Assembly (NCBI GenBank): GCA_964016885.1
Contig: OZ024742.1
Span: forward strand, 7,564,001-7,628,000
From: Eledone cirrhosa
Lineage: Eukaryota
Direction: 5' to 3'
DNA: 64,000 nt
The notes beneath the pieces were generated by a model. It had not been told where the DNA came from. It worked only from the letters and a program-made list of their open reading frames with translations, and ran no database searches. Within the stretch, counting starts at the first letter, position 1, and every line of letters begins with the position of its first letter. Of this stretch, positions 12,642-26,425 are shown piece by piece. Made by a program: the position numbers and the translations under genes.

Positions 12642-13251
12642 GTATATGGAAATCATGTATAAGTTTCGACTTTTCAATTCACAAATCAGATCTTATTTGC
12701 TTGTATATATGCTTGTATATATGCATGAACCTCGTTAAGTATGAATACAGATATGCTATGACGCTGGTTGAGTTCTTTGTTTTGCCTCGAATTTCTTTGT
12801 TTAAATTCAACTACCAAAATCACATGTTATGGTCTGCGAGAAATTCTTCCTCTTTTCATTAGCGACAGAGAAGGGGACTGCCTGAACTGCTAGATAGTTT
12901 ATCCAGTCCTGAATGCTAGCTCACATCGCACAGAACTTAACGTATGACTTTGGGCATTCCCCGCCGAAGAGTGTAATAGCCCGATTACGTAAATATCCAC
13001 TGATTTTACGTGATTGTCTGGACATTGCCGAAGCAAAATCTGCATTTGTAAAGTTATATTACACAGAAAGTATCGTCCAGGAGAGAGATATTTACACCAA
13101 TCTCTAACTATACACAGCCAACCGCTTATAATAAATTAAAGATGTGCACTCTGAACAGTTGATTGCAGCTGCATAACTGCAATTCGCCAGATTTATTGAG
13201 TGAGCTAGACGCTGGCTGGAGAGCGCTCTATTTATACCAGCGACCTTCGTA

Positions 13252-13316
<65 letters not shown>

Positions 13317-13507
13317 ATAGGGAGAAAAAGACGATTATTAGGAAGAAAAATATTTTATTTTTCCTTTTATTTTTTTCTCTTTTTTCTGGGGGTTAAAAAA
13401 TGTTTAAAACAAAATATTTGACTTTGTGTGAAGTGTTAATGTTTTAGTTAATTTATTTATTAATTAACAATGCTATTTATTTATTTATTTATATATTTAA
13501 TAAATGT

Positions 13508-13545
13508 CTTTTACCGGTTTCAGCATTTTATGCATTATCAAAGTG
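13508..13545 (-). ncRNA. Minimal HHR-like motif (U3:A8)
   Basis: TTGATAA-tGCAT aaa ATGCt-GAAA-CCGG-TA; stem I poorly paired. Confidence 0.5.
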
Positions 13546-14138
13546 GGGAATTTGTATTGGTGTAAAATGTTGGTGATGTTGAACATGTTAAGGAAATGAG
13601 GAAGAAAGAATAATATTATTCATAAACAAGGTTTTTGAAGTGAAAAGAAAAAAAAGGGTGGGGGGGGTGGATCATGATAAGTTAATGGGAAAGAAAAAAT
13701 AATATTATTTATAAGCATAGTTCTTGAGGATAAGCAGTTCAAAATGTGTTATTATGGCAGGAGCGCTTAGTTGATCCATGATGGAGGCAAATGGTATATA
13801 TACATGACTCGGAGTGTATGTCAGTCAGATTTACAAAATCAGTGTGTGTGCTTTTCTATTATATTTTGGCTTATATATTTTTCTTCTATATATAACAGTA
13901 TCCATTATTTCTATCGAGGTTTCTCCTTTACCCGTGTAAATGACTTGACTAAATGACGCCTCCTAGTAAAGTACTTGGTCTCTTAGAAAATATTTTCAAG
14001 TAAGTTTGAAGGATTCCAGGTGCCACATATAGATTTTAGTTTCATACGTTTGGTTTCTATTTAGGATTTTACATCTAAATCACACACCTTTAGACAAATG
14101 ACAAATATAATGAAATATATATATATATATATATATAC

Positions 14139-14180
<42 letters not shown>

Positions 14181-14187
14181 TATATAC

Positions 14188-14228
<41 letters not shown>

Positions 14229-14243
14229 TATATATATACACCC

Positions 14244-14284
<41 letters not shown>

Positions 14285-14474
14285 AGTATGTATGTATACG
14301 TACATACATATATGTATACAGACGTACAGTAGCATGCATATATATATATATATATATATACATATATATACATACACATACACATATGCATACAGGTACA
14401 CAATAAACGTCGGCTAAACTGATGCGTGCATATATGTATGTGTACCTGTATGCATATGTGTATGTGTATGTATA

Positions 14475-14530
<56 letters not shown>

Positions 14531-14764
14531 TGCTACTGTACGTCTGTATACATATATGTATGTACGTATACATACATACTTACATTTAAGTAAGTGCCAT
14601 ACTAAGAGTGAGAAATGAAATTTCGTTTTCATTTTTTTCAAATTATCGTTCTCGGTATGCCTGACCGATTTAACTCACTCAATATGCAAATTAGGCTGCT
14701 CAGCCGTTAATTTTCATAAGGAAAGTATATACTTTCGAACGTTCAACTATCTGGCAGATGGGTA

Positions 14765-14809
14765 AACGGTGCTGATGATAGCTAACAAGCTTGAAACTAG
14801 TACATCGTT
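14765..14809 (+). ncRNA. Type I hammerhead ribozyme
   Basis: AACGGTG-CTGATGA-tAGCT aaca AGCTt-GAAA-CTAG-TA-CATCGTT. Confidence 0.85.
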
Positions 14810-14989
14810 CCTGTGTCAGTGTTGAACAAAAAGGTGACGTGGTTGCCTTAACACTGTATGGCATAAATTCAGGCTGTTCGATTTGTTGACAAACAAACGA
14901 ACAAAGCACGCGATATAATAAACGTCGGCTAAACTGATGCGTGCATATATGTATGTGTACCTGTATGCATATGTGTATGTGTATGTATA

Positions 14990-15123
<134 letters not shown>

Positions 15124-15357
15124 TGCTACTGTACGTCTGTATACATATATGTATGTACGTATACATACATACTTACATTTAAGTAAGTGCCATACTAAGA
15201 GTGAGAAATGAAATTTCGTTTTCATTTTTTTCAACTTATCGTTCTCGGTATGCCTGACCGATTTAACTCACTCAATATGCAAATTAGGCTGCTCAGCCGT
15301 TAATTTTCATAAGGAAAGTATATACTTTCGAACGTTCAACTATCTGGCAGATGGGTA

Positions 15358-15402
15358 AACGGTGCTGATGATAGCTAACAAGCTTGAAACTAGTACATCG
15401 TT
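15358..15402 (+). ncRNA. Type I hammerhead ribozyme (second copy, +593 nt)
   Basis: Identical to 14765-14809. Confidence 0.85.
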
Positions 15403-15582
15403 CCTGTGTCAGTGTTGAACAAAAAGGTGACGTGGTTGCCTTAACACTGTATGGCATAAATTCAGGCTGTTCGATTTGTTGACAAACAAACGAACAAAGC
15501 ACGCGTTATAATAAACGTCGGCTAAACTGATGCGTGCATATATGTATGTGTACCTGTATGCATATGTGTATGTGTATGTATA

Positions 15583-15660
<78 letters not shown>

Positions 15661-15771
15661 TGCTACTGTACGTCTGTATACATATATGTATGTACGTATA
15701 CATACATACTTACATTTAAGTAAGTGCCATACTAAGAGTGAGAAATGAAATTTCGTTTTCATTTTTTTCAA

Positions 15772-15864
<93 letters not shown>

Positions 15865-16547
15865 CCATATATATATATATAGATATATATATATTTTTTA
15901 AGTTGCGACAGTCAACAGGAGACAAAAAAAAAACGTGGAAGCGAAGAGGCAGTACAAATGTTATTATATATGTATAACAAATGACTGAGCAGGTTCCTAA
16001 GGCTATCATTTAGCACACGATATCTTTGACAGGATATTTTTTACTATTCCTACTTAATATCCCTGATATATAGCCATATCTGTTACTAAGAAATTCTGAT
16101 TTGCGACAAATTGTTGAGTGTGATTAAGGAGGAAACAATTCTCTAAAAAGAACAACAGACAAAAATAAATCTTCTTCCGCCTCCAGAAATGGAACAGAAT
16201 ATTCCGCATGTCGTAGGTAATACATGGTAAGGAATGAAGAAGATTTACTAATATATACATATATGTGTTACTGTATATAATGGATAAATATGTTTCTTTG
16301 TGTGGTGTATCTCTGTGTTTCTGTGTTTCTATGTTGTCTATGTGTCTCTGTGTCTCTGTGTCTCTGCATTTGTGTGAGTGTGTTTGTGTGTGTGTGTGTT
16401 TGTTTGTTTTTTTATCTCTAGGCTTTAGTGCATTTGTGTGTGTGTTGTATCTCTGTGTCTCTCTGTCACACCATTTGTGTTTGTGTGTTGTGTCACTATG
16501 TCTCTGGGTTTGTGTGTCTCTGTGCCTCTTGGTTTGTGTGTGTGTGT

Positions 16548-16586
<39 letters not shown>

Positions 16587-17171
16587 TGTTTCTGTGTGTG
16601 TGACAGCATCGCCATTTATATTGGCGCTGTTTCTTCTCAATTATATCTAACCCTAGGATTTTGATTTCCAGGTAAGAGTTTGATGAAGAACGAAACTATG
16701 AAAGTAAGACCTGCAATTTGTTGAGTTTGATCTTTATGTTATTGTTATAGAGAAAAGACAGAAAGGTGCTACAATTTACCATTGTCAGGTAATCTCTGTT
16801 TCCTGGATATTAACTGCGACAATCATTCTTCCATAAGCTCTGTTATTCTCTGTGATGAGGCCCCATAAATATCAAAGATGAAACACACAATAAGCGGAAC
16901 GCTATAGAGACTCTTTTGTGTCACAATCAATTGGTTTAATATCAAAGATAAACCCAGCTATAGATTAGATATTGAACAATATTATAACTATACCTAAATG
17001 TTTTCACCTGATTGATTTAGATATTGTTATAAACAACACTGATATAAATATAAATAATTAATGCCAGGAAATTGTTATTATTTATTGTGTGATAAGAGAT
17101 AGGGTGATACAAATGTTCATGTATTTATGGGCAGTATTGCTGCCGCAGGATTTTCAGATATTGGCGGATTA

Positions 17172-17382
17172 TACAGGATGGGACAAAAGTCACTTCTAAC
17201 CTATTTTTATTAATTAATTAATACAGATTTATTCAAAACTAACTTTTCTTGGAAAGTTTATTTTTCCATAATTGGATGTTGTTTTTATTCAACTTTAATC
17301 CGAAAGAAAAAAAATATAATATTTTAATAATAAAGAAATTATTGATATTTTAAAATAGGAAATGACTATTGGCCACACTTTA
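17172..17382. mobile_element. Possible Tc1/mariner-type MITE
   Basis: Degenerate terminal inverted repeats TACAGGATGGGACAAAAGTCACTTC / GAAATGACTATTGGCCACACTTTA around an AT-rich core. Confidence 0.35.
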
Positions 17383-17801
17383 CAGATCATACGGGTGTTT
17401 AAATTAAACAACATCAAACCGTATAGGGCTTTGCAAAAACGATAGATTGGTAATATAAAACCACGTGAGTGGGCATACCAGAAATAAACTGAGAAAATTA
17501 TTAATTAGCAGAAACACAAATTAGGAGATTGTAGACTTAGGAGATTCAACGGTATATAGAAATACAATTAACGGGTAACCAGGAGGTAACAATGTCCCTA
17601 ACAACTACAATCTTTTAAACCGGGTCATACAACATATTAGGTAACGAAGAGGTAGAGATCTGCAGTGTGCATGATCTTGCAGATCGAAGGATCGGAATAA
17701 ATTTTTAGGAGGAAAAATGAATAATAAACAAGATGAAGAGGATTAAAGGGTTAAGAAATTATTATTATTATTATTCATATTATTGTTATTGTCAATATCG
17801 T

Positions 17802-17802
<1 letters not shown>

Positions 17803-17860
<58 letters not shown>
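17803..17860. repeat. (ACT)n microsatellite
   Basis: Direct reading; gives the poly-Leu ORF. Confidence 0.95.
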
Positions 17861-18324
17861 ATAATACTACTATTATTACACCAACACCACCACCACTACT
17901 ACTACTATGATAGATATTATCAGTGTTGTGTGTATCAGCTCGTATGTAAACAGTATGTAATCCTATTTGTCAATATGGCTTACAGATAGGATTTAGTGAC
18001 AACCTACAACTTACTCTCCACCAAAATGGTAGACAATAATAAACAATAATAAACAATAATAAACAACAGTAAAGAACAATAAACAACATACACAACAATA
18101 AACAACAATAAACAACAATAAACAACACTAAATAACATTTATAAAAAATATACAAAAGCAATATTGGTAGAATAGGAAAACAACATTGTCAACATTCATG
18201 AACGTTGTATCACCTTTGGCAAGGTACTTACGTAAACAACTTCTCCAACATCAGATTAAAGTTGTGTAACAATGATACTATATACTATTGTGGCTTTATA
18301 TCTTTATATAGTTATTCAATATCA

Positions 18325-18373
<49 letters not shown>

Positions 18374-18461
18374 GGAAATTTAGTAGAATCGAATCTGGCA
18401 GTTTGCAAGAAAATTCGGCCTACTTATATATATATATATGCAAATTCGGCCTACTTATATA

Positions 18462-18497
<36 letters not shown>

Positions 18498-18499
<2 letters not shown>

Positions 18500-18924
18500 G
18501 TTAAAAGAATAGAGGTGTAACACACAAGTTATTATATATTGGTAAACGGAATAGAAAATGCTGACAAATTGTTCACAGTTGAAAAATGGTTTAATTAGGA
18601 ATAAAAGAGTATTAGTGATTGTATGGGTTAGTATTCAGTTGTGGTTTTAAGTTTTTAAGTTTTTACCGGTTGCGCATTTCTAAATGCTTTTCAAAAATAA
18701 TTTTGAGATAGAGTGTCCGTGCTGTTTGCTCAGATCAGAGCAAACAGCACGGACACTATCTCAAAATTATTTTTGAAAAGCATTTAGAAATGCGCAACCG
18801 GTAAAAACTTAAAAACTTAAAGCCACAACTGAATACTAACCCATACAATCACTAATACTCTTTTATTCCTAATTAAACCATTTTTCAACTGTGAACTATT
18901 TGTCAGCATTTTCTTTTCCGTTTA

Positions 18925-18932
<8 letters not shown>
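18498..18932. mobile_element. Solo fold-back insertion of the PLE-1 pLTR
   Basis: 18498-18731 matches 1651-1884; 18732-18932 is its reverse complement; (TA)n both sides. Confidence 0.9.
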
Positions 18933-18995
<63 letters not shown>

Positions 18996-19000
<5 letters not shown>

Positions 19001-19680
19001 AGCGAAGCAAGCGGTTATCAAACAATTCTCTAAATAAATTAAAAAAACATTTAAATAATCACCTGTTCTGTTGCTGTTACCGACGGTTTCATCATTCCAA
19101 AAAATTGGAAATCCAGAGAATTTCCAATGGAAAGAAATGAATCTTCAGACAGCTAATTTCCACACTATAAGGTTGCAAGCCTTACAGTAAGTAAATATTT
19201 TGCTTCCTGCCCAACGCATGCGGTCAAGCCGTTAAAATGACGCACAGGCAAAATCAGGTCGCAGATAATAGCTGTGTATTATAAACATGTTGATATTGCC
19301 ACTAAAATTAGCAGCATTATTCAACGTTTTGTTCGCTACATAATGAGAAAAATTATAAAAGCGGATGAATACCTCAACAGGTACTATGTACTTGTAGAAA
19401 TTTGCAAGTTGTTTATAATATTTGTGCTTTAATGGTACTAATTCGAGACACCAGAACAATATAAAAAGTAGCGAAGCAAGCGGTTATCAAACAATTCTCT
19501 AAATTAATTAAAATAGTCTAAATAAATAAAAACCGTCGGTAATAGCAACAGAACAGGTGATTATTTAAATCGTTTTTGAATTTATTTAGAGAATTGTTTG
19601 ATAACCGCTGGCTTCGCTACTTTTTATATTGTTCTGGTATCTCTAATTAGTACCATTGAAACACACATATTATAAACAAC
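18996..19680 (-). mobile_element. Retrozyme-like element, family B (~468-nt monomer + partial + inverted piece)
   Basis: 18996-19043 recurs at 19465-19512; 19531-19680 is an inverted copy spanning the monomer junction; HHR inside; 3' end in (TA)n. Confidence 0.75.
19073..19153 (-). ncRNA. Type I hammerhead ribozyme with long stem II
   Basis: GCTGT-CTGAAGA-tTCATT...TTGGAAAT/ATTTCCAA...AATGAt-GAAA-CCGTCGG-TA-ACAGC. Confidence 0.8.
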
Positions 19681-20846
19681 ACAGAAGTGTAAGTTGACCT
19701 TTGGTCTGTTAGAATGTGTGAAAGTTACATCCCGCGAATCACAGGTTCAAAACTTCGAACTTCAATGAAAAAAAGATAGGTTAGTAGAGACAGGTGTGTA
19801 ATTTATTAATTGTAGTTACACAGTGTATCGTTGAAATTGTTCTCTGCACGACTGACGGAAGTCAAAATCGCTTGATATTGAATGTTCAGTTAATTTAAAG
19901 CAGGGTGAAAATGTCGATTACTTTCAGGTTTTTTTTAAAATATTTTTGCGCTCATATGTGCAGTAGAAGAATTAAAAGGGCCTTTATCTTAACCGCGGCA
20001 TAATGGCGAGTCTTTCGTGACAGTTTTCAAGAATATAGGACGTTCCTGTAAAAAGTTTTCCCATGTGTAACTTTGCCTTGTTTTTTTTGCGCAAAGTCGA
20101 GCCCCGCTTCAGTTTTATTGATTTTTTACATCTATGCGTGATCTCTGAAGTAGATTTGAGTAGCTAAAAACCAGTCCCGGTAAATTTGCTATAGGTGAAA
20201 AAAAGTTGATCAAAATTTTATCTAGGGTTATTGCCCTTTGCCACAGCCTCAAGCCTCGTCTGACGGGATGTTGGTGATTCCTCCGTCAGCGCTTGTTGGC
20301 GACGAAGGCGAACATCAGCAAGCCTTGTCGTACGTGATGTTGGTAACTCAACCAGCCGGGAAAGACGTCTATCAGCGAGTCGAGATTCGCGCTCAGCAGG
20401 TGTTTCCTAGAGAAAATTAATTAATTCTACTGGTTAGCTAAGCCAATGGCAGTGTCAATAGTAAATGAGAAAAGTCTAACATGAACAAAAGGGAATCAAG
20501 GTAAGACAATAAATTTAATATAACTACGATTAGAATGTTGCAGTTGCTTAAAAGTGGTGATAGTTAGGATAAACACAGTACTTGCTAACATTAAGGGAGA
20601 ATATTGCATAAAGGATTAATCAATTGTGAATGAACTCATACCTGAGAACGCCTAATTCGTTGTCTCAAAGCAGTAGCTGTACCTTTTTTGGAGGTAAGTC
20701 TTGAACGTTTCCGTGTGGGCATAACGACGTGTAACGAAGCTGTTAGGTTAGAGAGAGGTGATTAAATACAGAGAGAGATGACACCAGATTCGTTAGCATG
20801 GTTACTGGTGAATGGGAAGGTTTGGAAATATGATTACAATAACTTA

Positions 20847-21103
20847 CCGAATTTTCCCGTCTATAAATTGCACTTAAAATAATTAAATTTAATAAAAAAA
20901 AACAGCTCTGCGCTTTATACTCCGGTGAGCCTTATGTATAAATAATACAATGGTAATCAATCACGGCTGTAACAGAAGTAATAGATCTAGACTAAAAGTA
21001 AAGAAGATATCATTTTCCTTGTTGGCCTTACACGCCGTTGCGCGGACCTGATTTTAAATGATACGCCTTATATCCTGGTGAGCCTTATAGAGCGGAAAAT
21101 ATC
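20847..21103. mobile_element. Tc2/pogo-like MITE
   Basis: Ends CCGAATTTTCCCGTCTATAA / TTATAGAGCGGAAAATATC, TA flanks, internal GCCTTAT repeats typical of CCGTATTTTC-type Tc1/mariner TIRs. Confidence 0.55.
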
Positions 21104-21984
21104 TATTGGAAAAGAATACGAATTCATGACCAAGGTGTGACAAAATAGGCGTCTATACAGCGCCTGAAACAAACTTGTCCAAAACCCTAGGATTTTTCTC
21201 GTTAAATATGCACCCAAAAGGAACCGTTTTTTAGTTACAAAAAATAACCAAAGTGTATAGTAGCTATATTTCTGATATATCATGCCAAAAAGAACAATAT
21301 ATTCAAAAAATGTTCTAAAGTACATTCAATCTCTTTTTTTGACCGATATCTTAATAAGCAAATTATCGATTTTTTATTGGTTGTCAGTGTCTATCTGCAT
21401 GCAGGTGTGCACGTGTGCGCAATTAATTGCAAATACGCTCATAACATTTAGGCGTAAGCAGAACAAAAAATGCCATTATAGGTGGGCTAATAATGAAGAC
21501 ACAAACCCTGGTGAACTTACGTTTAAACACCCGAAAAGTTACTCACTTCCTGTGCAAAAGACTATATTATAAATTAAGTAATTTTTTAGAATCTTTTGTT
21601 TAAAAAAGGAAAACATTGGTACGGTGGTAACATTTTTTACAACTTTGTATGTGTACAATACAACTTGGTCAACGTATTATTTAGTAAATTTTTTTTTCAA
21701 AAAGCATGATTATTTAAGAATGTTTGAAAATTTACTCACAGCTTTTAGCATCACAAAAGGCACCATTAAATTTGGTTCCCTTTTCAGATAAGGATAATAC
21801 TGTATTTCCACTTGAATAAGGTGGAATATGAAAAGATAAACTCTTTAATGGTCGGTCATTTACTGAGACAGCTGGGAAGACATGCAGCTGGCCGTCCAAT
21901 CAATAACGCACGTCCTTATATGGGCATAGGAAATTTATTTTTATTGCGCCAGATGTAAACTAAGAGTTCTTGTGTTAGAATTCA

Positions 21985-22164
21985 CATAAAATTTCATTGG
22001 AATCGAAAAACATTCTGTAATAGGGCCCGATTATCGATTTTTCGAAAATTTCAAGTAGCCTATTCCACTCTACGCGTTGAGTTTTATATATGTGTGAGGT
22101 TTCATGAAAATTGGGTGAACCGTGTAGCATGCAAGTTCGGAACACCAAACAATATCCATCTTCC

Positions 22165-22170
<6 letters not shown>
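21985..22170 (+). mobile_element. Possible Helentron-associated (HINE/DINE-like) 3' fragment
   Basis: Repeated AAATTTCAT / GTGTGAGGTTTCATGAAAATTGG motifs ending in CTTTATATATA; resemblance only. Confidence 0.3.
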
Positions 22171-22250
<80 letters not shown>

Positions 22251-22253
<3 letters not shown>

Positions 22254-22565
22254 GTGTTTATGTTGGTTGTATACCAAGACCTCAGTATGCAGGCTGGAGC
22301 ACTGGACGAAGTGCACAGGTTGGTTTGTTTACTCCGGAGTAGTGTAAAATAAAGTTAAATAAAAGTCAAATGATTAAAATTTAGCTTCGTTTATTACTGC
22401 TATATATATTTCAGTGACAGCCATCTGTGGCTGTGACCTCTTCAGGCAGTTTGAATTAGTATGATATAGACAAGTACATATGTTGTTTAGGTGTATAATA
22501 TTGTCAATACTCTCGTATGCCCAGTTCCTTGTTGGTTGTTATTTCACTGAGGAACTGGAGTCATA

Positions 22566-22568
<3 letters not shown>
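22251..22568 (-). mobile_element. Retrozyme-like element, family C
   Basis: Homologous to 45225-45745; carries an HHR; flanked by (GA)n and (CT)n. Confidence 0.75.
22396..22450 (-). ncRNA. Type I hammerhead ribozyme
   Basis: ACTGC-CTGAAGA-GGTcACAGCCA caga TGGCTGTcACT-GAAA-TATATA-TA-GCAGT. Confidence 0.85.
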
Positions 22569-22640
<72 letters not shown>

Positions 22641-22641
22641 A

Positions 22642-22675
<34 letters not shown>

Positions 22676-22683
22676 GAGAGAGA

Positions 22684-22721
<38 letters not shown>

Positions 22722-23604
22722 CTCTGTTGTTGCATTAAACACGAAAAACAGACAGAAATGTGTTGTGTAAGCTCTGCAGTAATAAAGGAACAGTGATTGA
22801 ATGACATTTGAAGAAGTGATATGAACGTGTTTGGGAATGAGATTTGTATACTGAGTGAGAGGAAGAGTGAGAAGGGCAGCAGGTTGGTGAGCTAGTTTAA
22901 CCAATGTGATGAAATACTCAGGATTGAAGAGGAAGATAGAGAAAAAACTGTCTTAAGGAAATCACAACAAAACACTTCCATAGCATTCCATCTCACAGAT
23001 TAGGGGCTGATGCCAGTTCAATATTTTAACCCTTCAACATCTAGATCCTCTCGAGAAGGTAAAAGATAGAAACAGACTCCAACTATTTTACAATAATCTT
23101 CTTCTCTTTCTCATTTTCAATTAATGATATTCTTCACATTCATGTATAGAAATTTATATCATGAAAATTCCATATCATTCTGAAGCTTTCAGCTAAAGCT
23201 GTGCAAATACTGTTCCTTTGATTACTGACTAAACAGGATAAACAGGAGATGCTTCTGTAAACCTAGCAGATTTCAATAAAACTTGAAGCCAGCCAAACGC
23301 AAATATCGATAATACATTATGAACAGCAAAGTCAGTAAAGACTTGCCAAACTATATATTATAAGGCGAACAGTCATTTTGAAATGAAAACATGTCAAACT
23401 CAAAACCTACCACCACTACTAACAACACTTCTATATTCTCAATAACCAATTCTACAATGATCCAATACGATATTCTCTACAATAAGCTAGTTATGGCACC
23501 CATATCACCCTCGAACCACATTCTTGTATCTTAAAAAGGAAATGACACATCAGCCAACGAACGTGAGCACGACATGATACATCCTAGTGTTATTATTTCT
23601 AACA

Positions 23605-24090
23605 GGGCGGTGGATTGGCAGTGTCGGTAGAGGGTCAGACGCCATGCTTTCCAGCATAGTTACGCCCCTTTACGATCTGAGTTCAAATCCCGCCGAGGTT
23701 GACTGTGCCTTTCATCCTTACGGGGTCGATAAAATAAAGTACCAGTAATGCACTGGGTAATTGCTGGCCTTGTGCCTAAAGTAGAAACAATTATTTCTAA
23801 CGTAGTGTTATTATTTCTAAGGTGTCCGACCTTCTACCGATACTGCCAATCGTTAGAAATAATTGTTTCTACTTTTGGAACAAGGCCAGCAAATACCCAG
23901 TGCATTACTGGTACTTTATTCTATCGACCCCGGAAGGATGAAAGGCAAAGTTAACCTCGGCGGGATGATCTGGGTTCAAATCCCGCCGAGGTTAACTTTG
24001 CCTTTCATCCTTCCGGGGTTGATAAAATGAAGTACCAGTAATATACTGAGTAATTACTGGCCTTGTGCCAAAAGTAGAAACAATTATTTC
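23605..24090. mobile_element. Cluster of tRNA-derived SINEs (23605-23795 +, 23823-23850 -, 23858-23967 -, 23968-24090 +)
   Basis: A-box-like TGGCAGTGTCGG, B-box GAGTTCAAATCCC, Nin/DeuSINE-like core GCCTTTCATCCTT.CGGGGTCGATAAAAT.AAGTACC. Confidence 0.85.
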
Positions 24091-24344
24091 TAACGTAACA
24101 ACTCGAAGATGTTGCAAAGTTTGTCAACACAATTGTTCCTCGGAGATATCTTCGATTCAGCAAATTCTATACAATTAATGTAACATTTTATTTATTCTGT
24201 TAAATCACAATCGATCCACAAGACCCCAAACTCCATTCGAAAACCAGGTGGTGTTGAATTCATCAACTCGGACCAAGGAAACAATGTTTCCATTAGTCTC
24301 TCTATTGCTGATATTATCTACCGGGCGTAACTCCTTGCAGAAAG

Positions 24345-24430
24345 AGCAACGTGAAATGAAGTGTCTTATTCAAGGATATATTGCATAAACCCGGTCTGGG
24401 AATCGAACAATCAACCTCACGAATCCAATT
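24345..24430 (-). mobile_element. Fragment of a second SINE family (CORE/V-like)
   Basis: Minus strand GTTCGATTCCCAGACCGGG...TCCTTGAATAAGACACTTCATTTCACGTTGC. Confidence 0.55.
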
Positions 24431-25576
24431 CTTTAAGCAAATATTGCCTATATAGTATAGCAAAAATTGGTAGTGCGTTTAGTTAATTTAAACAATTCCG
24501 CTATATGTCAGGTAGTTGATTCTTATCCCCACTGGAATGGAAGATAAGTCTGATTCCGATCAGATTTGAAAAGAGAATAAAGAGGAATGGAACTAAACAG
24601 AAATATATTTGATCTGCTTCTCAACGGTTTGCTTGTTTGTTTGTTTGTTTCCAAATATGAATGCAAAGGAAATGTGTTTAACCATGCAGACAAAAAACCC
24701 AGCACAATACAGAGACTCTAAGGGAAGTATAATTTCACGTTAAATATCAGTGGTTTGAGAAATTAGCTAAATTCCACAGTAGAATAAAACGCTTCAACCT
24801 TAACATATAAGGACAAATGATAACATATCAAGCTTAATATCGTAAATCTAATTTGAACAACCTTTGTTTTTCATTGAAGTTGAGACGTTTTTGCACAGAG
24901 TATGGGACAATAGAAAGACAATCTTTCTGATACTAAAGAAATGTAGAACGAAGGAAACGTCGATGGTGGAGAGATATTTCAAAAGCAAAAGAACCACAAA
25001 ATATTGGAGAAAATCCAACAGATTCTTTTTTTTTTGTTTGAATTGCTCATACATGGATGCTTGTATGACGAGATAGAATAAGTTTCCTAATATTTATTTT
25101 ACTTCGTTCACATCAATCCATAAGGAATTGGCAAAACACCTCCCTAAGATTATGAACAATCTAAACACAATTCTGCCTTATTTAACGGGAAAAGCTACTT
25201 TCTTCTTTCCTAAAAGTGAACAAATGGAAAGGTCTTTACAGTATTAAGCCAATTATCTGTCACTGTACGACATACAATCTTCTATAATCCATGTTTACAG
25301 AATATATTTACTGCTTCACGGAGAAACCAATCGCCTCAGTAGAATGCTGGAAATATTCATTGCTTTTCCTGATTCAGCTTCAAGTCACTAAACTTCTTTC
25401 TCTATGTTTCTAACTGTATCAGATTGTCTATCTTAACGAAACACAACTAAACTTGGGAAATTTTATGCTAAACATTATTGCCAAATGACCCTCATTTTAT
25501 ACTTTATTATAAAAAGTGATATATTATATATAACATATGTGCTGTGCTTCAACATAGTGGAATACACATATATGTA

Positions 25577-25802
25577 CATATAGTGTATAGAATAATATAT
25601 GGGATGTTTATGAAAAACATTTGAGGAGCTTTCACTATGAATTTTAAACGTACAACAGCGAGAAACTATACATTGTCGATTACTTCCCCCTACCTTTGCT
25701 GTGATGAGGTGCGTGGCGTTGGTTACAACCTTAAAAATTCATAGCGAAAGGCCCTTAAATGTTTTTCACAAACATCCTGTATATTATTCAATATACAATA
25801 CG
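25577..25802. repeat. Imperfect inverted repeat (MITE-like), followed by ~25-nt tandem repeats to ~25940
   Basis: GAATAATATATGGGATGTTTATGAAAAACATTTGAGG / CCTTAAATGTTTTTCACAAACATCCTGTATATTATTC. Confidence 0.65.
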
Positions 25803-25950
25803 TATATATATATTAAATATAACAATACGTATATATATTATATATAACAATACGTATATATATTATATATAACAATACGTATATATATTATATATAAACA
25901 TCCCGTATATTATTCAATATACAATACTTATATATATTATATATTGTGGT

Positions 25951-26140
25951 CGACGGTGGATTGGCAGTATCGGTAGAAGGTCGGACGCCATGCTTTCCAG
26001 CATAGTTACGTCCCTTTACGATCTGAGTTCAAATCCCGCCGAGGTTGACTTTGCCTTTCATCCTTACGGGGTCGATAAAATAAAGTACCAGTAATGCACT
26101 GGGTAATTGCTGGCCTTGTGCCTAAAGTAGAAACAATTAT
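25951..26140 (+). mobile_element. tRNA-derived SINE (full length)
   Basis: Near-identical to 23605-23795 and 38347-38543. Confidence 0.9.
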
Positions 26141-26211
26141 ATATTGTGGTCTGAAATACACCGTGACTGAAAAGAAGACAAAAGGGTTGAAACTTTTGTT
26201 ACAGGAATTTT

Positions 26212-26425
26212 GAGGCAGCTGGATTGAAGAGTCGGTAGAGCGCTGGACAAATGCTTAACAGTATCTTTCTAGGTCTTTATTGTATGAGTTCAAATGTCAA
26301 CTTTACCTTTCATCTTTCATAAGATCGATAACTTATTGCACCAGTGGAGAACTGAGGTCAATATCATCGACATTCCATTATTTTCGGCCAAGTTCCTGAC
26401 CTTTTGCCTTTATATGAGATAAGTA
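26212..26425 (+). mobile_element. Older diverged tRNA-derived SINE
   Basis: AGAGTCGGTAGAGCG, GAGTTCAAAT, CAACTTTACCTTTCATC core. Confidence 0.65.

Noticed and set aside
12655-12680. TTGAAAA-GTC-GAAA-CTTA-TA on the minus strand
   Set aside because: No stem II or stem I; likely chance
23605-23700. tRNA gene
   Set aside because: A/B boxes are the head of a multi-copy SINE; no complete cloverleaf
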